From Thermodesulfobacteriota bacterium (GTDB lineage Bacteria; Desulfobacterota_D; UBA1144; Nemesobacterales; Mycalebacteriaceae), in NCBI GenBank assembly GCA_965226585.1, contig OZ245366.1, positions 64,001-128,000 of the forward strand: a stretch of DNA of 64,000 nt. Direction: 5' to 3'. Shown piece by piece: positions 46,137 to 55,946 of the stretch; positions within the stretch are counted from its first letter, which is position 1; each line of letters opens with the position of its first letter. Position numbers and translations under genes: made by a program. Below the pieces are notes generated by a model. It was not told the DNA's origin. It did no database searches and saw only the letters and a list, made by a program, of their open reading frames with translations.

Positions 46137-47234
46137 TCACCCGCCAGCGAGAATCTCTATTTCGTCAGCTATTCTCTTTGCCGCATCCGGAGCCGCAACC
46201 GCGGCCGCCGCGCGCGACATCCCCCCCAGCGTATTCCAGTTAAGCAATGTTTGTAAAGTTTTGGCAACCGCTTTTTCCGACATTTCCTTTTCGTCAATAA
46301 CAACAGCGGCTCCGGCTTCCTCCATCATCTGTGCGTTCGCGTGCTGGTGGCGGCGCGCCGCGAAGGGATAGGGAACAAGAACGGACGGCAGTGAAAACAG
46401 GGCTATCTCCGCAACCGCACCCGCGCCCGCCCTTGATACGACAAGGTCGGCTTCGGAGTAGCATCTCGCCACATCCGGACTGAAATCAAAAACCTCCGCT
46501 TCTATGGCGGCGGACTCGTACGCGCGCGCGACTTCAGGGGCGTCACGCTTTCCGGTCTGGTGTATCACTCTCACGGGTATCTGTCCGCTGTTTTTCAGCT
46601 CCGCCACGGCGGGAGGAACCAGACGGTTGAGGGAGCCCGCGCCCTGACTGCCGCCGAGCACAAAAATCGTAACGGATTGCGGGGGAGACGGACGCTTCCT
46701 TTCCGCGCTTTTGAGGGCGGCGTTCACAATCTCACGCCGGACGGGGTTGCCGACAAGACGGATTTTGCCGGCGGGAAACTGCTGTTCTCCCCGGCGCGGA
46801 AAAGCAAGAAACACCCTGCGCGCGATCTTTCCGAGCAGTCTGTTGGCAAGCCCCGAAACGCTGTTCTGTTCGCATATCGCCACCGGAACCCCCATTACGC
46901 GCGCTGCAAAAACGGCGGGAAAGGAAGCGTATCCTCCCATTCCGACCGCCACATCGGGGCGGAACTTCGCCACTATAAAAAGTGACTTCAAAACACCGAG
47001 CGCGGCAAGGAAAGCGCCCGACACAAGCCGAAAAAGACCGCCGCCTGAAACCCCCGCGCCGCTTACGGCTTCAAACCTGTATCCCGCCTCCGGAATCAGA
47101 CGGCTCTCAAGCCCTCTGCGGGTTCCCACAAAAAGAATCTCGTTTTCTGGGTCTCTCGCGGTTATCTCCTCGGCAATCGCGAGAGACGGGAAAATGTGTC
47201 CGCCCGTTCCGCCGCCTGATATAAGAACCTTCAT
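46137..47234 (-). CDS. murG: Lipid II GlcNAc transferase
   Basis: GGGTGGHIFP, GGYAS, EQN, GNPVR, GGSQGA, SRAGA and HQHANA. Confidence 0.97.
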   Translation of the reverse strand: MKVLISGGGTGGHIFPSLAIAEEITARDPENEILFVGTRRGLESRLIPEAGYRFEAVSGAGVSGGGLFRLVSGAFLAALGVLKSLFIVAKFRPDVAVGMGGYASFPAVFAARVMGVPVAICEQNSVSGLANRLLGKIARRVFLAFPRRGEQQFPAGKIRLVGNPVRREIVNAALKSAERKRPSPPQSVTIFVLGGSQGAGSLNRLVPPAVAELKNSGQIPVRVIHQTGKRDAPEVARAYESAAIEAEVFDFSPDVARCYSEADLVVSRAGAGAVAEIALFSLPSVLVPYPFAARRHQHANAQMMEEAGAAVVIDEKEMSEKAVAKTLQTLLNWNTLGGMSRAAAAVAAPDAAKRIADEIEILAGG

Positions 47235-48361
47235 TTTTTCCGCGCCCCCGCCCTTGAGACGCTCAAAATAACGCCCACCGCGCCGAGGCTTACAACAAGG
47301 GAAGTGCCTCCGTAACTGAGAAACGGCAGGGTCAGCCCCTTTGTGGGCATCATCGAAAGCGCGACCGCCATGTTCAGCGCCGCCTGAAAAACTATGAGCA
47401 GGGAGTAGCTCATAACAAGATGGAAGCCGAAAGCATCGGGAGCCATAACCGCTATCCTCACGCTTCTGAACAGAAACACCGCAAACGCCGCCACAACCGC
47501 GAAAACGCCCGCGAAACCAAGCTCTTCGCCAATTATGGAAAGAATAAAATCGGTGTGCGCCTGCGGAAGAAAAAACAGTTTCTGATTGCTCGCCCCGAGC
47601 CCCTGTCCGAAAAGACCGCCCAAACTGAAAGCCATCATAGACTGAACCGCCTGATAGCCGGAATCAAAGTAGTTTCCCCAGGGGTCGAGAAACGAGAGAA
47701 GGCGCGTTTTTCTGTAAGGCTCAATCCAGACGGCAAACACGGTGAAGCACATCGCGCCTCCGGCAAGGGCGCACAGATGCGCAACCCTCGCGCCGCCAAG
47801 AAAAAGCATGATGCCCGTAACACAGAGAATTATGAACGCCGTGCCGAAATCGGGCTCAACAAATATCAGCCCCACGTAAATCCCGCCGAGCAGAAGATAC
47901 GGCACAACTCCGCGCAGAAAGTTTTTCATCAATTCGCTTTTGCGCGAAAGCGATTCAGCCATGTAAAGAAAGAATATGAACTTGGCAAACTCAGACGGCT
48001 GGAAAGCGAAACCGCCCACTTGAAGCCATCTTCTCGCCCCGAAAACCTCTCTGCCAACGCCCTCAAACAGAACCGCGCACAGCAAAGCAAGACCCGCGAA
48101 ATATGCGGGCATCGCAAGCCGCTTCAGCATTGTGTAGTCCGTCATCGCCACAACGAACATCACAATAAAACCGATTGCGAGGTAAATCATCTGCAGTTTG
48201 AAAAACCGCCACGAATCGCCGTGGGTCTCAAGGGCGTAGACCGAACTGGTGCTGTAAACCATCAGCGCGCCCGCAAGAGACAGCACGGAAACAACCGCCA
48301 GCAGGGTGTAGTCAAGACCCGCGAAAACGCCTTTGCGCGAACTACCCGAATCTCTTAACAA
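47231..48361 (-). CDS. ftsW: SEDS peptidoglycan polymerase FtsW (start re-called near TTG 48361)
   Basis: GARRW, QPSEFAK, EPDFGT, GYQ, LPQAHTDFI, EELG and PTKGLTLPFLSYGG. The upstream extension in the ORF track overlaps murD. Confidence 0.95.
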   Translation of the reverse strand: MLRDSGSSRKGVFAGLDYTLLAVVSVLSLAGALMVYSTSSVYALETHGDSWRFFKLQMIYLAIGFIVMFVVAMTDYTMLKRLAMPAYFAGLALLCAVLFEGVGREVFGARRWLQVGGFAFQPSEFAKFIFFLYMAESLSRKSELMKNFLRGVVPYLLLGGIYVGLIFVEPDFGTAFIILCVTGIMLFLGGARVAHLCALAGGAMCFTVFAVWIEPYRKTRLLSFLDPWGNYFDSGYQAVQSMMAFSLGGLFGQGLGASNQKLFFLPQAHTDFILSIIGEELGFAGVFAVVAAFAVFLFRSVRIAVMAPDAFGFHLVMSYSLLIVFQAALNMAVALSMMPTKGLTLPFLSYGGTSLVVSLGAVGVILSVSRAGARKK

Positions 48362-49679
48362 TTCTCTGAAACTCCCTTCCCCTTTCTTCAAAAGAGGAAA
48401 ACATATCAAAACTGGAACATGCGGGCGAAAAGAGTATTGAGCCGCCCGGACGCGAATTTTCCACCGCGCTTGCGACCGCCTGTTCAAGCGATTCGGTGAG
48501 AACGGTTTTTGCAAGTCCTCCCAACTCGGCAAACATGGCGTCCCGCGATTCGCCGAAAAGCACAAGGGAACTGACCTTGCTTTCAACGGGAGAGCGCAAA
48601 ACCGAATAGCCGGTTTTTTTGTCTCTGCCCCCGGATATGAGAACAACGGGAGGTTTGAGACTGTCAAGGGCTTTCGCGGTGGCGGCGGGGTTGGTGGCTT
48701 TTGAATCGTCATATACTCTCGCGCCGGAAAGGTCGCGCACAAACTCCATTCTGTGGGGCGGCGGTGAAAACTCCCGCGCCGCCGCCGCCGCTTCGCCGGA
48801 TGGACAGCCCAGTATGGATGAGACGGCAATCGCCGCCATCGCGTTTTCCATATTGTGCTTTCCCTCAAATTTCGCGCCGGAAAGGTCGTATGTTTGCCCG
48901 CCGCAGAAAACCCGCGCTCCGCTTGCGGTTACAACTCCGGGAGCGGGAGCGGAGAGAGAGGAGTCAAAAATTATTTTTTGAGACCGGGAGTTGCGGGCGG
49001 CGGACAAAGCTTCAGAATCCGCGCCGTTTACAACCGCCCATTGTTCGGGCGTCTGGTTCGCGAAGATTTTTTTTTTGGAATTTGCGTAGTCGGCATAGGT
49101 GGGATGAACATCAAGGTGGTTGGGCGAAATGTTCAGCAAAACGGCGATGAGCGGGCTGAATGACGAAGTTGTTTTGAGTTGAAAACTGCTCATCTCCAAA
49201 AGCGCGATGTCGTATTCGCTCTCCCTGCCGACCGAATTTATGTAAGGGTCGCCAAAGTTTCCTCCGGCAAAAACCCGCCTGCCGCACCGCCTGAGAATAG
49301 AGGCCGTAAGCGCGGTGGTGGTGGTCTTTCCGTTTGAGCCCGTAACCGCCACAACGGGAAGGCGGCTCAGCCGGAACGCGAACTCCGCCTCGCCGGTAAC
49401 TGACGCGCCCTCCCGCCGCGCGGCGCGCAATGGCGCGATGCCGGGCGGAACTCCGGGGCTCAGGATAACCGTGCCGGCGGAGGCAAATGTTTTCTCCGTG
49501 TGTCCGCCCGCCTCAACCTTCACGCCCAGTTCTTCCATCTCCGCGCATTCGGGAACCTCTTCGCGGGGGCGGGCTTCGGTGGCGGCAACCTCGGCTCCGG
49601 CGCGGACGAGAAAACGGCAGAGAGCCGCCCCCGTTTTTCCGAGACCGGCAACCAGAAACTTTTCGCCTTTTATTTTCAA
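48342..49679 (-). CDS. murD: UDP-MurNAc-L-Ala-D-glutamate ligase
   Basis: GLGKTG, SPGVP, TGSNGKTTT, EMSSFQL, DDSKATN and SPACSSFDMF. Confidence 0.96.
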   Translation of the reverse strand: MKIKGEKFLVAGLGKTGAALCRFLVRAGAEVAATEARPREEVPECAEMEELGVKVEAGGHTEKTFASAGTVILSPGVPPGIAPLRAARREGASVTGEAEFAFRLSRLPVVAVTGSNGKTTTTALTASILRRCGRRVFAGGNFGDPYINSVGRESEYDIALLEMSSFQLKTTSSFSPLIAVLLNISPNHLDVHPTYADYANSKKKIFANQTPEQWAVVNGADSEALSAARNSRSQKIIFDSSLSAPAPGVVTASGARVFCGGQTYDLSGAKFEGKHNMENAMAAIAVSSILGCPSGEAAAAAREFSPPPHRMEFVRDLSGARVYDDSKATNPAATAKALDSLKPPVVLISGGRDKKTGYSVLRSPVESKVSSLVLFGESRDAMFAELGGLAKTVLTESLEQAVASAVENSRPGGSILFSPACSSFDMFSSFEERGREFQRIVKRFG

Positions 49680-49688
49680 ACTCTCCGC

Positions 49689-50804
49689 CTACCTGACCTT
49701 CAAAGTCGCAAGCGCCATAAGCGCGAGCACAAAAGAGACTATCCAGAAACGGATGACTATCTGAGACTCATGCCATCCGGATTTTTCAAAGTGATGGTGA
49801 AGCGGCGACATTCTGAAAAGACGCCCCCCCTTGAGACGGAAAAAGCCGACTTGAAGAAGAACCGAAACCGTCTCGGCGACAAATATGCCGCCAATAAGCA
49901 CAAGCAGAATCTCCTGTTTTGTAACAAGCGCGGCAAGCCCGATTGAAGCCCCGAGCGCGAGGGAGCCCGTGTCTCCCATAAAAACCCGCGCCGGATATGC
50001 GTTGTACCAGAGAAAACCCAGACACGCCCCGCCAACTGCGGCAAGAAAAACGGCAAACTCCCCCGCGCTCCGGACGTAGGGAATATGAAGGTAGTTCGCA
50101 AGCGTTACGTTGCCCGCCACAAAAGCGAGTATGTAGTAGGTTCCGACCGTAACGATAATTGAGCTTATCGCGAGCCCGTCAAGCCCGTCCGTGAGGTTGA
50201 CGGCGTTTGAGGTTCCTATCGTAACAAAAAGCGCGAGCGCGAAATACATCCACCCGAACTCATAGACCGCATCTTTGATAAACGGAAACGCGACCGAGGT
50301 GAACGAGTATTCCCTCACGGCTTCGCCCGCCCTTACGTACATCGTGAAGCCCGCATCCTGAATACGGAGGAAGATGAAAACCAGCACAATCGCCGCGGCG
50401 CACTGAATGGCAAATTTCAGACCGGCGCTCATCCCGCGAGACCCGGACAGTTTCATCCAGTCGTCCGCGAAACCGATACAGCCGAACACAACCGTGAAAG
50501 CGATGGAATAGACAACAACCGGCTCATTCAAGTTGCCCCATAAAACGGTTGAGAAAACAACCGCGAGAACTATGAACAGACCGCCCATCGTGGGCGTTCC
50601 GGATTTTGCCATGTGCTCTTGCGGCCCGTCGGGGCGTATTTTTTCCCTGATTCTGCTCCTGGCAAGAAGCGTTATAACCCTGCTGCCAAGCAGTACGCTC
50701 AAAAAGAAGGCAAAAACCCCCGCGCCGAAAGAGCGGAAGGTTACGTACTTGAAAATGTTAAGCAGGGTGGCATCGTCTTTGAGAAGATGAAGAAGGTAAA
50801 GCAT
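49689..50804 (-). CDS. mraY: Phospho-N-acetylmuramoyl-pentapeptide transferase
   Basis: GTPTMGG, GFADD, NAVNLTDGLDGL, FMGDTGS and PLHHHFE. Confidence 0.97.
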   Translation of the reverse strand: MLYLLHLLKDDATLLNIFKYVTFRSFGAGVFAFFLSVLLGSRVITLLARSRIREKIRPDGPQEHMAKSGTPTMGGLFIVLAVVFSTVLWGNLNEPVVVYSIAFTVVFGCIGFADDWMKLSGSRGMSAGLKFAIQCAAAIVLVFIFLRIQDAGFTMYVRAGEAVREYSFTSVAFPFIKDAVYEFGWMYFALALFVTIGTSNAVNLTDGLDGLAISSIIVTVGTYYILAFVAGNVTLANYLHIPYVRSAGEFAVFLAAVGGACLGFLWYNAYPARVFMGDTGSLALGASIGLAALVTKQEILLVLIGGIFVAETVSVLLQVGFFRLKGGRLFRMSPLHHHFEKSGWHESQIVIRFWIVSFVLALMALATLKVR

Positions 50805-50824
50805 GGCGTTTTTGCGCGGGAAAC

Positions 50825-52213
50825 TCAGCCCGTTGTGTCCGTCTCCAGCCTCCGGACTATCTTCTCCATCGCCATCGCGCGAGAGCCTTTGACAAGAACG
50901 AAATCACCGGGATTTGCTATCTCCCTGATTATATCAGCCGCCTCATCATGTAACACGGTTTTCTTCACGGAAACTTCGCCCCCCGCTCCCGCGCAAACCT
51001 CATCCGCCATCGCGCCGAAGCCGATTAGAAAATCCACCCCGCACCGAGCCGCTTTTTCTCCGCAGTCGCGGTGATATTTTTTGCTCAAGTCGCCCAGTTC
51101 AAGCATATCGCCCAGAACCGCTATCGCCCTGCCGCCGCCTGAGTTTTTAAGGCGGCAAAGCTCTTCAAGCGCGGCGCAGACGGAATCCGGATTGGCGTTG
51201 TAGCAGTCGTCTATCAGCGTAACGCCGCCCTTTACCTCACGCACATCCATCCTCATCTCGCCCGGAGTGAACGCGGCAATTCCTTGCGCGACCTCATCCG
51301 CCTCAATCCCCGTTCCGAGGGCGAGAGCCGCGGCGCAGAGAAAGTTCATCACGTTGTGCGCGCCCGCAGAAGACGCGGTTACGGGAAAATCTTTCCCCCG
51401 GATTCTCATGTTGAAACTCAAGCGGGAGGCGGAGGGCTTTATGCCGGAAGCAAAAACATCCGCCCCGGAATGGAGAGTTGAAAACCCGGTCTTTTCGCAA
51501 TCAATTTCAGAGGCGATGCCGAGGGCGAGAGTATCGTCCAGATTTACGGCAAGGCGGTTTGTTTTTCCAAACGCGCTGAAAAGGCGCGCTTTTTCTGAGG
51601 CAATTTTCTCCATATCTCCAAACCTGCCTATGTGCGCCGTGCCTATGTTCGTAACCGCGCCTGCGTCCGGCGAGGCTATCTGAGCAAGGCGGTCCATCTC
51701 ACCGGGAGAGTTTATTCCCACTTCGGCAACGCAGATTTCGCTCTCCTCTCCGGCTTCAAGAAGCGTGAGCGGAAGCCCCAGATGGTTGTTGAAACTTTTG
51801 CGGCTCGCAACTGTTTTTCTCCCCGAAGATTTCAGAACCGCCGTAAGAGCCCGCGCCGTTGTGGTCTTTCCCGCAGAACCGGTTATGCAAACGACTGTCA
51901 AATTTTTCAGGCTCTTTCTCCACGCAAGGGCAAGGTCTCCAAGGGCGGCGGCTGTTGAGACGGTTTCTATGAGAGGGGCGGACGGATTTTCTCTCTCCGC
52001 GAAACTTCCCGCTTCAACAACCGCCGCGCCCGCGCCCGCGCGAAAAGCGTCTGTGATGTAATCGTGACCGTCACGCTCCGCTTTTATCGCGAAAAAAAGG
52101 TCGCCCCGCCGGAGAGTGCGGGAGTCTATGGAAACGCCGCCGTAGCGCGCGGGAAAACCGCCGCCCGCTTCCGTTCCTCCGGTCGCCTTCAAAACAAATC
52201 CGTGCTCTATCAA
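50825..52213 (-). CDS. murF: UDP-MurNAc-tripeptide-D-Ala-D-Ala ligase
   Basis: TGSAGKTT, NNHLGLP, DDCYNANP, GDMLELG and VKGSR. Confidence 0.96.
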   Translation of the reverse strand: MIEHGFVLKATGGTEAGGGFPARYGGVSIDSRTLRRGDLFFAIKAERDGHDYITDAFRAGAGAAVVEAGSFAERENPSAPLIETVSTAAALGDLALAWRKSLKNLTVVCITGSAGKTTTARALTAVLKSSGRKTVASRKSFNNHLGLPLTLLEAGEESEICVAEVGINSPGEMDRLAQIASPDAGAVTNIGTAHIGRFGDMEKIASEKARLFSAFGKTNRLAVNLDDTLALGIASEIDCEKTGFSTLHSGADVFASGIKPSASRLSFNMRIRGKDFPVTASSAGAHNVMNFLCAAALALGTGIEADEVAQGIAAFTPGEMRMDVREVKGGVTLIDDCYNANPDSVCAALEELCRLKNSGGGRAIAVLGDMLELGDLSKKYHRDCGEKAARCGVDFLIGFGAMADEVCAGAGGEVSVKKTVLHDEAADIIREIANPGDFVLVKGSRAMAMEKIVRRLETDTTG

Positions 52214-53700
52214 TCCGCGTCCCCTCTGAGTTTCAGAAAATCCGCCGCGACAACCCTGTCGTCAAAAGGCAGGTTTTCGCCCATAACGGCTTGATATGTT
52301 TCGTGTCCCTTTCCGGCTATCAGCACAAAATCCCCCGCAGTCGCAGACATCACCGCATGGCGTATGGCTTCTTTTCTGTCGGCTATTTTGAGCACCGTGC
52401 ATTTGCCGCGAGCCGTTCCCGCCTCTATGTCGCTGAGTATCTCCACAGGGTCTTCGCTTCTCGGATTGTCAGAAGTGAGAACCACAACATCCGAGTTTTC
52501 GCTTGCCACCCGCCCCATCTCCGGGCGTTTATCCCTGTCGCGGTCGCCGCCGCAACCGAACACGACAAACATCTTTCCCCGGCACAGCGGGCGCGCGGCG
52601 CGGATAACCCTGTCAAGAGCGTCCGCCGTGTGGGCGTAGTCAACAAAAACGTCTATTGCGGCGGATAAGCCGCCTATTCTCTCCATTCTTCCCGGCACGA
52701 AAACGGGAGCGGAAAGCGCGGCGGAAACTTCGTCCGGCGCAGAGCCGAGGCAAAGCGCGGCGGCTGTGGCGGCAAGTATGTTTGAGAGGTTGTGCCCGCC
52801 CATGAGGTTTGAGTTCACTTCCGCGTTTCCCCACGGAGCGCGGATTGAGACCGCCATTCCCGGCGCGGATGCGGAAACTTGCTGAGCAAAAACATCTGCG
52901 GAAGCGTCTTCGCTTGAATAGGTTACAACTTCGCCCGCCGCCACGCGCGCTATCTCAACCCCGACGGGGTCGTCAATGTTGACGACTGAAAATTTTTTCT
53001 TCTTTCCGCTCGCGGCGAGCAATTCGGTAAAAAGTTTCTTTTTGGTATCCGCGTACTGTCCGATGTTTTTGTGATAGTCCAGATGCTCAGGCGTGAGGTT
53101 TGTGAAAACCGCCGCGTCAAAATCGCAGGCGTCCGCCCTTTTTTCGCTTATCGCGTGGGAGGAAACCTCCATGCACACCCTCTCCGCCCCTTCGCCGCGC
53201 ATCAGGGAAAAAAGTTCTTGAAGGTCTGCCGCACCGGGGGTTGTCATCTCCGCGTCCCGGCGCAAAGAGCCGCAATCTATCTCAACCGTTCCGATGTTTC
53301 CGCAAACGCCCGCGCGCTCCCAGATGGCTTTCAGGAGGTGGCAGACGGTTGTCTTTCCGTTTGTGCCGGTAACGCCCGCGAGTGTGAAAGCGGATGACGG
53401 GCGACCGTAAAAAAATGCCGCCGCCCTTGCCGCCGCCTCTTTTGAATTTCCCGTAACCGCGCACGGGACGGAAAGCCCGTCTATGCGCCGCTGTCCTATG
53501 ACGGCAACCGCCCCTTTTGAAACCGCTTCGGGGGCGTGAGTGTGCCCGTCTGACGCCGCTCCCTTTATCGCGACAAAAACGTCTCCGGCAGACACGCGGC
53601 GCGAGTCTGAGGTAATGCCGGTTACGACAGCCGTCTTGCCCGCCCCGCCGGTCTCAAAGCCCAGTTCCTCAGACATCCGCTCAAAACTGACGGATTTCAT
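52210..53700 (-). CDS. murE: UDP-MurNAc-dipeptide-meso-diaminopimelate ligase
   Basis: GTNGKTT, MEVSSH, DYAHT, GCGGDRD, DNPR (meso-DAP type) and AGKGHE. Confidence 0.96.
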   Translation of the reverse strand: MKSVSFERMSEELGFETGGAGKTAVVTGITSDSRRVSAGDVFVAIKGAASDGHTHAPEAVSKGAVAVIGQRRIDGLSVPCAVTGNSKEAAARAAAFFYGRPSSAFTLAGVTGTNGKTTVCHLLKAIWERAGVCGNIGTVEIDCGSLRRDAEMTTPGAADLQELFSLMRGEGAERVCMEVSSHAISEKRADACDFDAAVFTNLTPEHLDYHKNIGQYADTKKKLFTELLAASGKKKKFSVVNIDDPVGVEIARVAAGEVVTYSSEDASADVFAQQVSASAPGMAVSIRAPWGNAEVNSNLMGGHNLSNILAATAAALCLGSAPDEVSAALSAPVFVPGRMERIGGLSAAIDVFVDYAHTADALDRVIRAARPLCRGKMFVVFGCGGDRDRDKRPEMGRVASENSDVVVLTSDNPRSEDPVEILSDIEAGTARGKCTVLKIADRKEAIRHAVMSATAGDFVLIAGKGHETYQAVMGENLPFDDRVVAADFLKLRGDAD

Positions 53701-55601
53701 ACACCGCCGCCCTCAAAGGAAACCGAGCATTTCTCTCCCTTCTTTATCAGAGTTCCGGGGCGCGGGGTTTGCCTGACCGCGTATCCGCTTCCGCTGACTC
53801 TCAAATCAACCCCCGCTTTTTCAGCCCACGTGGCGACATCGCGCAAACTTCGCCCCCGCAGGTTTGGCATTGAAACGGGCAAATCAGGGCGCGCGCTTGC
53901 CGTCTGTGTCTCAACTATGCCGAGAGTTCTTTTCACTATCGCCTTGAATATGGGCGCGGCTACAGAAGATCCGGATTTTCCTCTGCGCGGTTTGTGCACG
54001 ATGACGGCAAGCGCCATGCGCGGGTTTTCCACCGGGGCGAAGCCGAGAAATGACACGACATAAACCCCTTCCATATATCCCCTGCCTCTGACTTTCGGAA
54101 CCTGCGCGGTTCCGGTTTTGCCCGCAACCGCATAACCCGGAATTTTCGCCCGCTTCCCGGTTCCGCGCTCAACGGTTTGCCTCATCATGTCTGACACTTT
54201 GCGCGCCGCGTCATAGGAAATCACCTTGCCTTCAACCTTCGGGTTTTTGACGAGAAGCAGGTTTCCCGATGTGTCAACAACTCTGTCAACTATGTAGGGA
54301 TTCATCAGATAGCCCCCGTTGGCTATCGCGGAAACGGCGGCGGCCATTTGAAGCGTGTTCACCGAAACACCCTGCCCGAACGATATTGTGGCAAGCCCGA
54401 CCCTGCCCCAGTTTTTCGGCGCGGGCAATATGCCCCTGTGCTCGCCGGGAATGAGAGTGCCGCTTTTTGAGCCGAAACCGAACTTGCGAAGGTATCTGTG
54501 ATAAAGCGGCGCGCCCATCAGTTCGGCGATTTTTGAGGCGCAAATATTGCTTGAAAAAATTATGGTTTCCGTAACGGTAAGATCCCCGTGCGGGGAGGAG
54601 TCGTGTATCTCTGTGTTTCCTATGCGGCGCGTGCCTTTTTCGCAGTCAAAAACCGTGCGCTCGTTCACGAGTTTTTCCTCAATCGCCGCCGACACAAGAA
54701 ACGGCTTCATTATTGAGCCGGGCTCAAACGCGCGCCAGACGGGCAGGTTTCTCGACTCAATCTGCGTGTAGGAGCCGAAACTGTTGGGGTCGAAAAAAGG
54801 ATATGACGCCATCGCCAGTATGCGCCCCGTGTGCGGGTCCATAAGAACCGCGCTCGCGCTCTCGGCGGATGACTTTTCAACGCCTTTTTTGAGTTCCTCC
54901 TCAACCACGTACTGAATGCCGGAATCTATGGTGAGAAACACATCCGCGCCGCTTGTCCGCTCGCGCACGTTCGGGGCGTGAAAAAGCATGGAGCCGCCCT
55001 TGCCGTCTCGTTTCAGGCGTATTCTGCTGTCTCTGCCGGCAAGGTAGCGGTCAAGGGCGTATTCAAGCCCCTCTATCCCCCGAAGGTCTGTGTCGGTAAA
55101 GCCCACCACGGGACCCAGCATATAGCCCTGCGGATACACCCTTTTCTGCTCTTTTATAAACGAAAGCCCTTTGAGTTCAGCCGCTTTCAGCATATCCGCG
55201 ACTTCTGATGACATCTTTCTCTCAAGCCACACAAACGATCTTTTTTTCCTTTGGGCGCGTTTCAAAACAAAGTCGTAGTCAAGCCCGGAAATCTCCGCCA
55301 CCTCGCGGGAAAAACCTTCGGGGTCTGCAATATCGGCGGGTGTGAGATATGACGAATAAGACGGTTTGCTTGACGCGATGAGCGCGCCCGTTGAGTCGAA
55401 AATGCCGCCCCTTTTAGATTTCAGGGTCATGTAGCCGATCTGCTGTTTTTTGGCGTGTTCAAACGCCTTGCCGGTGTTGAGAAACTGGAGGTCAAAAGCC
55501 CTGTATGAGATTGCGAGAAAAAAGCCGCAGAAAACCCATAAGCACAGCGCAAGACGCCGCCGCGAAAACGGAGTTCCCGCTCTTGATCTTGAGGGAATCA
55601 T
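53697..55601 (-). CDS. ftsI: Class B PBP (FtsI/PBP3) with C-terminal PASTA domain
   Basis: RGGIFD, RVYP, GIEGLE, SxxK (GSIMK), SSN and KTGT; C-terminal MPNLRG PASTA. Confidence 0.95.
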   Translation of the reverse strand: MIPSRSRAGTPFSRRRLALCLWVFCGFFLAISYRAFDLQFLNTGKAFEHAKKQQIGYMTLKSKRGGIFDSTGALIASSKPSYSSYLTPADIADPEGFSREVAEISGLDYDFVLKRAQRKKRSFVWLERKMSSEVADMLKAAELKGLSFIKEQKRVYPQGYMLGPVVGFTDTDLRGIEGLEYALDRYLAGRDSRIRLKRDGKGGSMLFHAPNVRERTSGADVFLTIDSGIQYVVEEELKKGVEKSSAESASAVLMDPHTGRILAMASYPFFDPNSFGSYTQIESRNLPVWRAFEPGSIMKPFLVSAAIEEKLVNERTVFDCEKGTRRIGNTEIHDSSPHGDLTVTETIIFSSNICASKIAELMGAPLYHRYLRKFGFGSKSGTLIPGEHRGILPAPKNWGRVGLATISFGQGVSVNTLQMAAAVSAIANGGYLMNPYIVDRVVDTSGNLLLVKNPKVEGKVISYDAARKVSDMMRQTVERGTGKRAKIPGYAVAGKTGTAQVPKVRGRGYMEGVYVVSFLGFAPVENPRMALAVIVHKPRRGKSGSSVAAPIFKAIVKRTLGIVETQTASARPDLPVSMPNLRGRSLRDVATWAEKAGVDLRVSGSGYAVRQTPRPGTLIKKGEKCSVSFEGGGV

Positions 55602-55936
55602 CTGCCCGCGCCTCCGTCTCCGTTTTCAGACTCGTAGATAAAATCGGAATGGCGCGGCTCTCTGAAGCCGCGTTTCTTTGCCGCTTCGCCAAGCCGTTTG
55701 CTTGAAAAAATCTTATTGTAGCGCAGTTCCGCCTCGTCAACCTCTTCCACCAGTTTTGTCTCCGTCCTGATGTTTTCGGAAGTCTCATAGGCAACGGAAA
55801 AACGCTCAATCCTCAGGCGCACGTAACCGGCAAGCACGGCGACAACAACCGCGCATCCGGCAAGCACTTTGAAAAAGAACGAAACCCTTTTGAACATCAT
55901 CCACCGCAGTCTTGATTTTGCTTTCCGGTTTTCCAC
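55598..55936 (-). CDS. ftsL: FtsL-like bitopic coiled-coil division protein (start uncertain)
   Basis: Basic N-terminus, TM helix, coiled coil, RL...A...GF..P; located between rsmH and ftsI. Confidence 0.65.
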   Translation of the reverse strand: MENRKAKSRLRWMMFKRVSFFFKVLAGCAVVVAVLAGYVRLRIERFSVAYETSENIRTETKLVEEVDEAELRYNKIFSSKRLGEAAKKRGFREPRHSDFIYESENGDGGAGR

Positions 55937-55946
55937 GAACTTGCCC

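Noticed and set aside
48362..48868. Long N-terminal extension of FtsW (545-aa call)
   Set aside because: It lies inside murD in another frame; the FtsW-like sequence starts near 48361.
49067..49076. A10 run (minus strand) in murD as a frameshift or phase-variation site
   Set aside because: It encodes Lys-Lys-Lys mid-domain in an essential enzyme, and a truncated product would be meaningless. Kept only as a background caveat for the chlD run.
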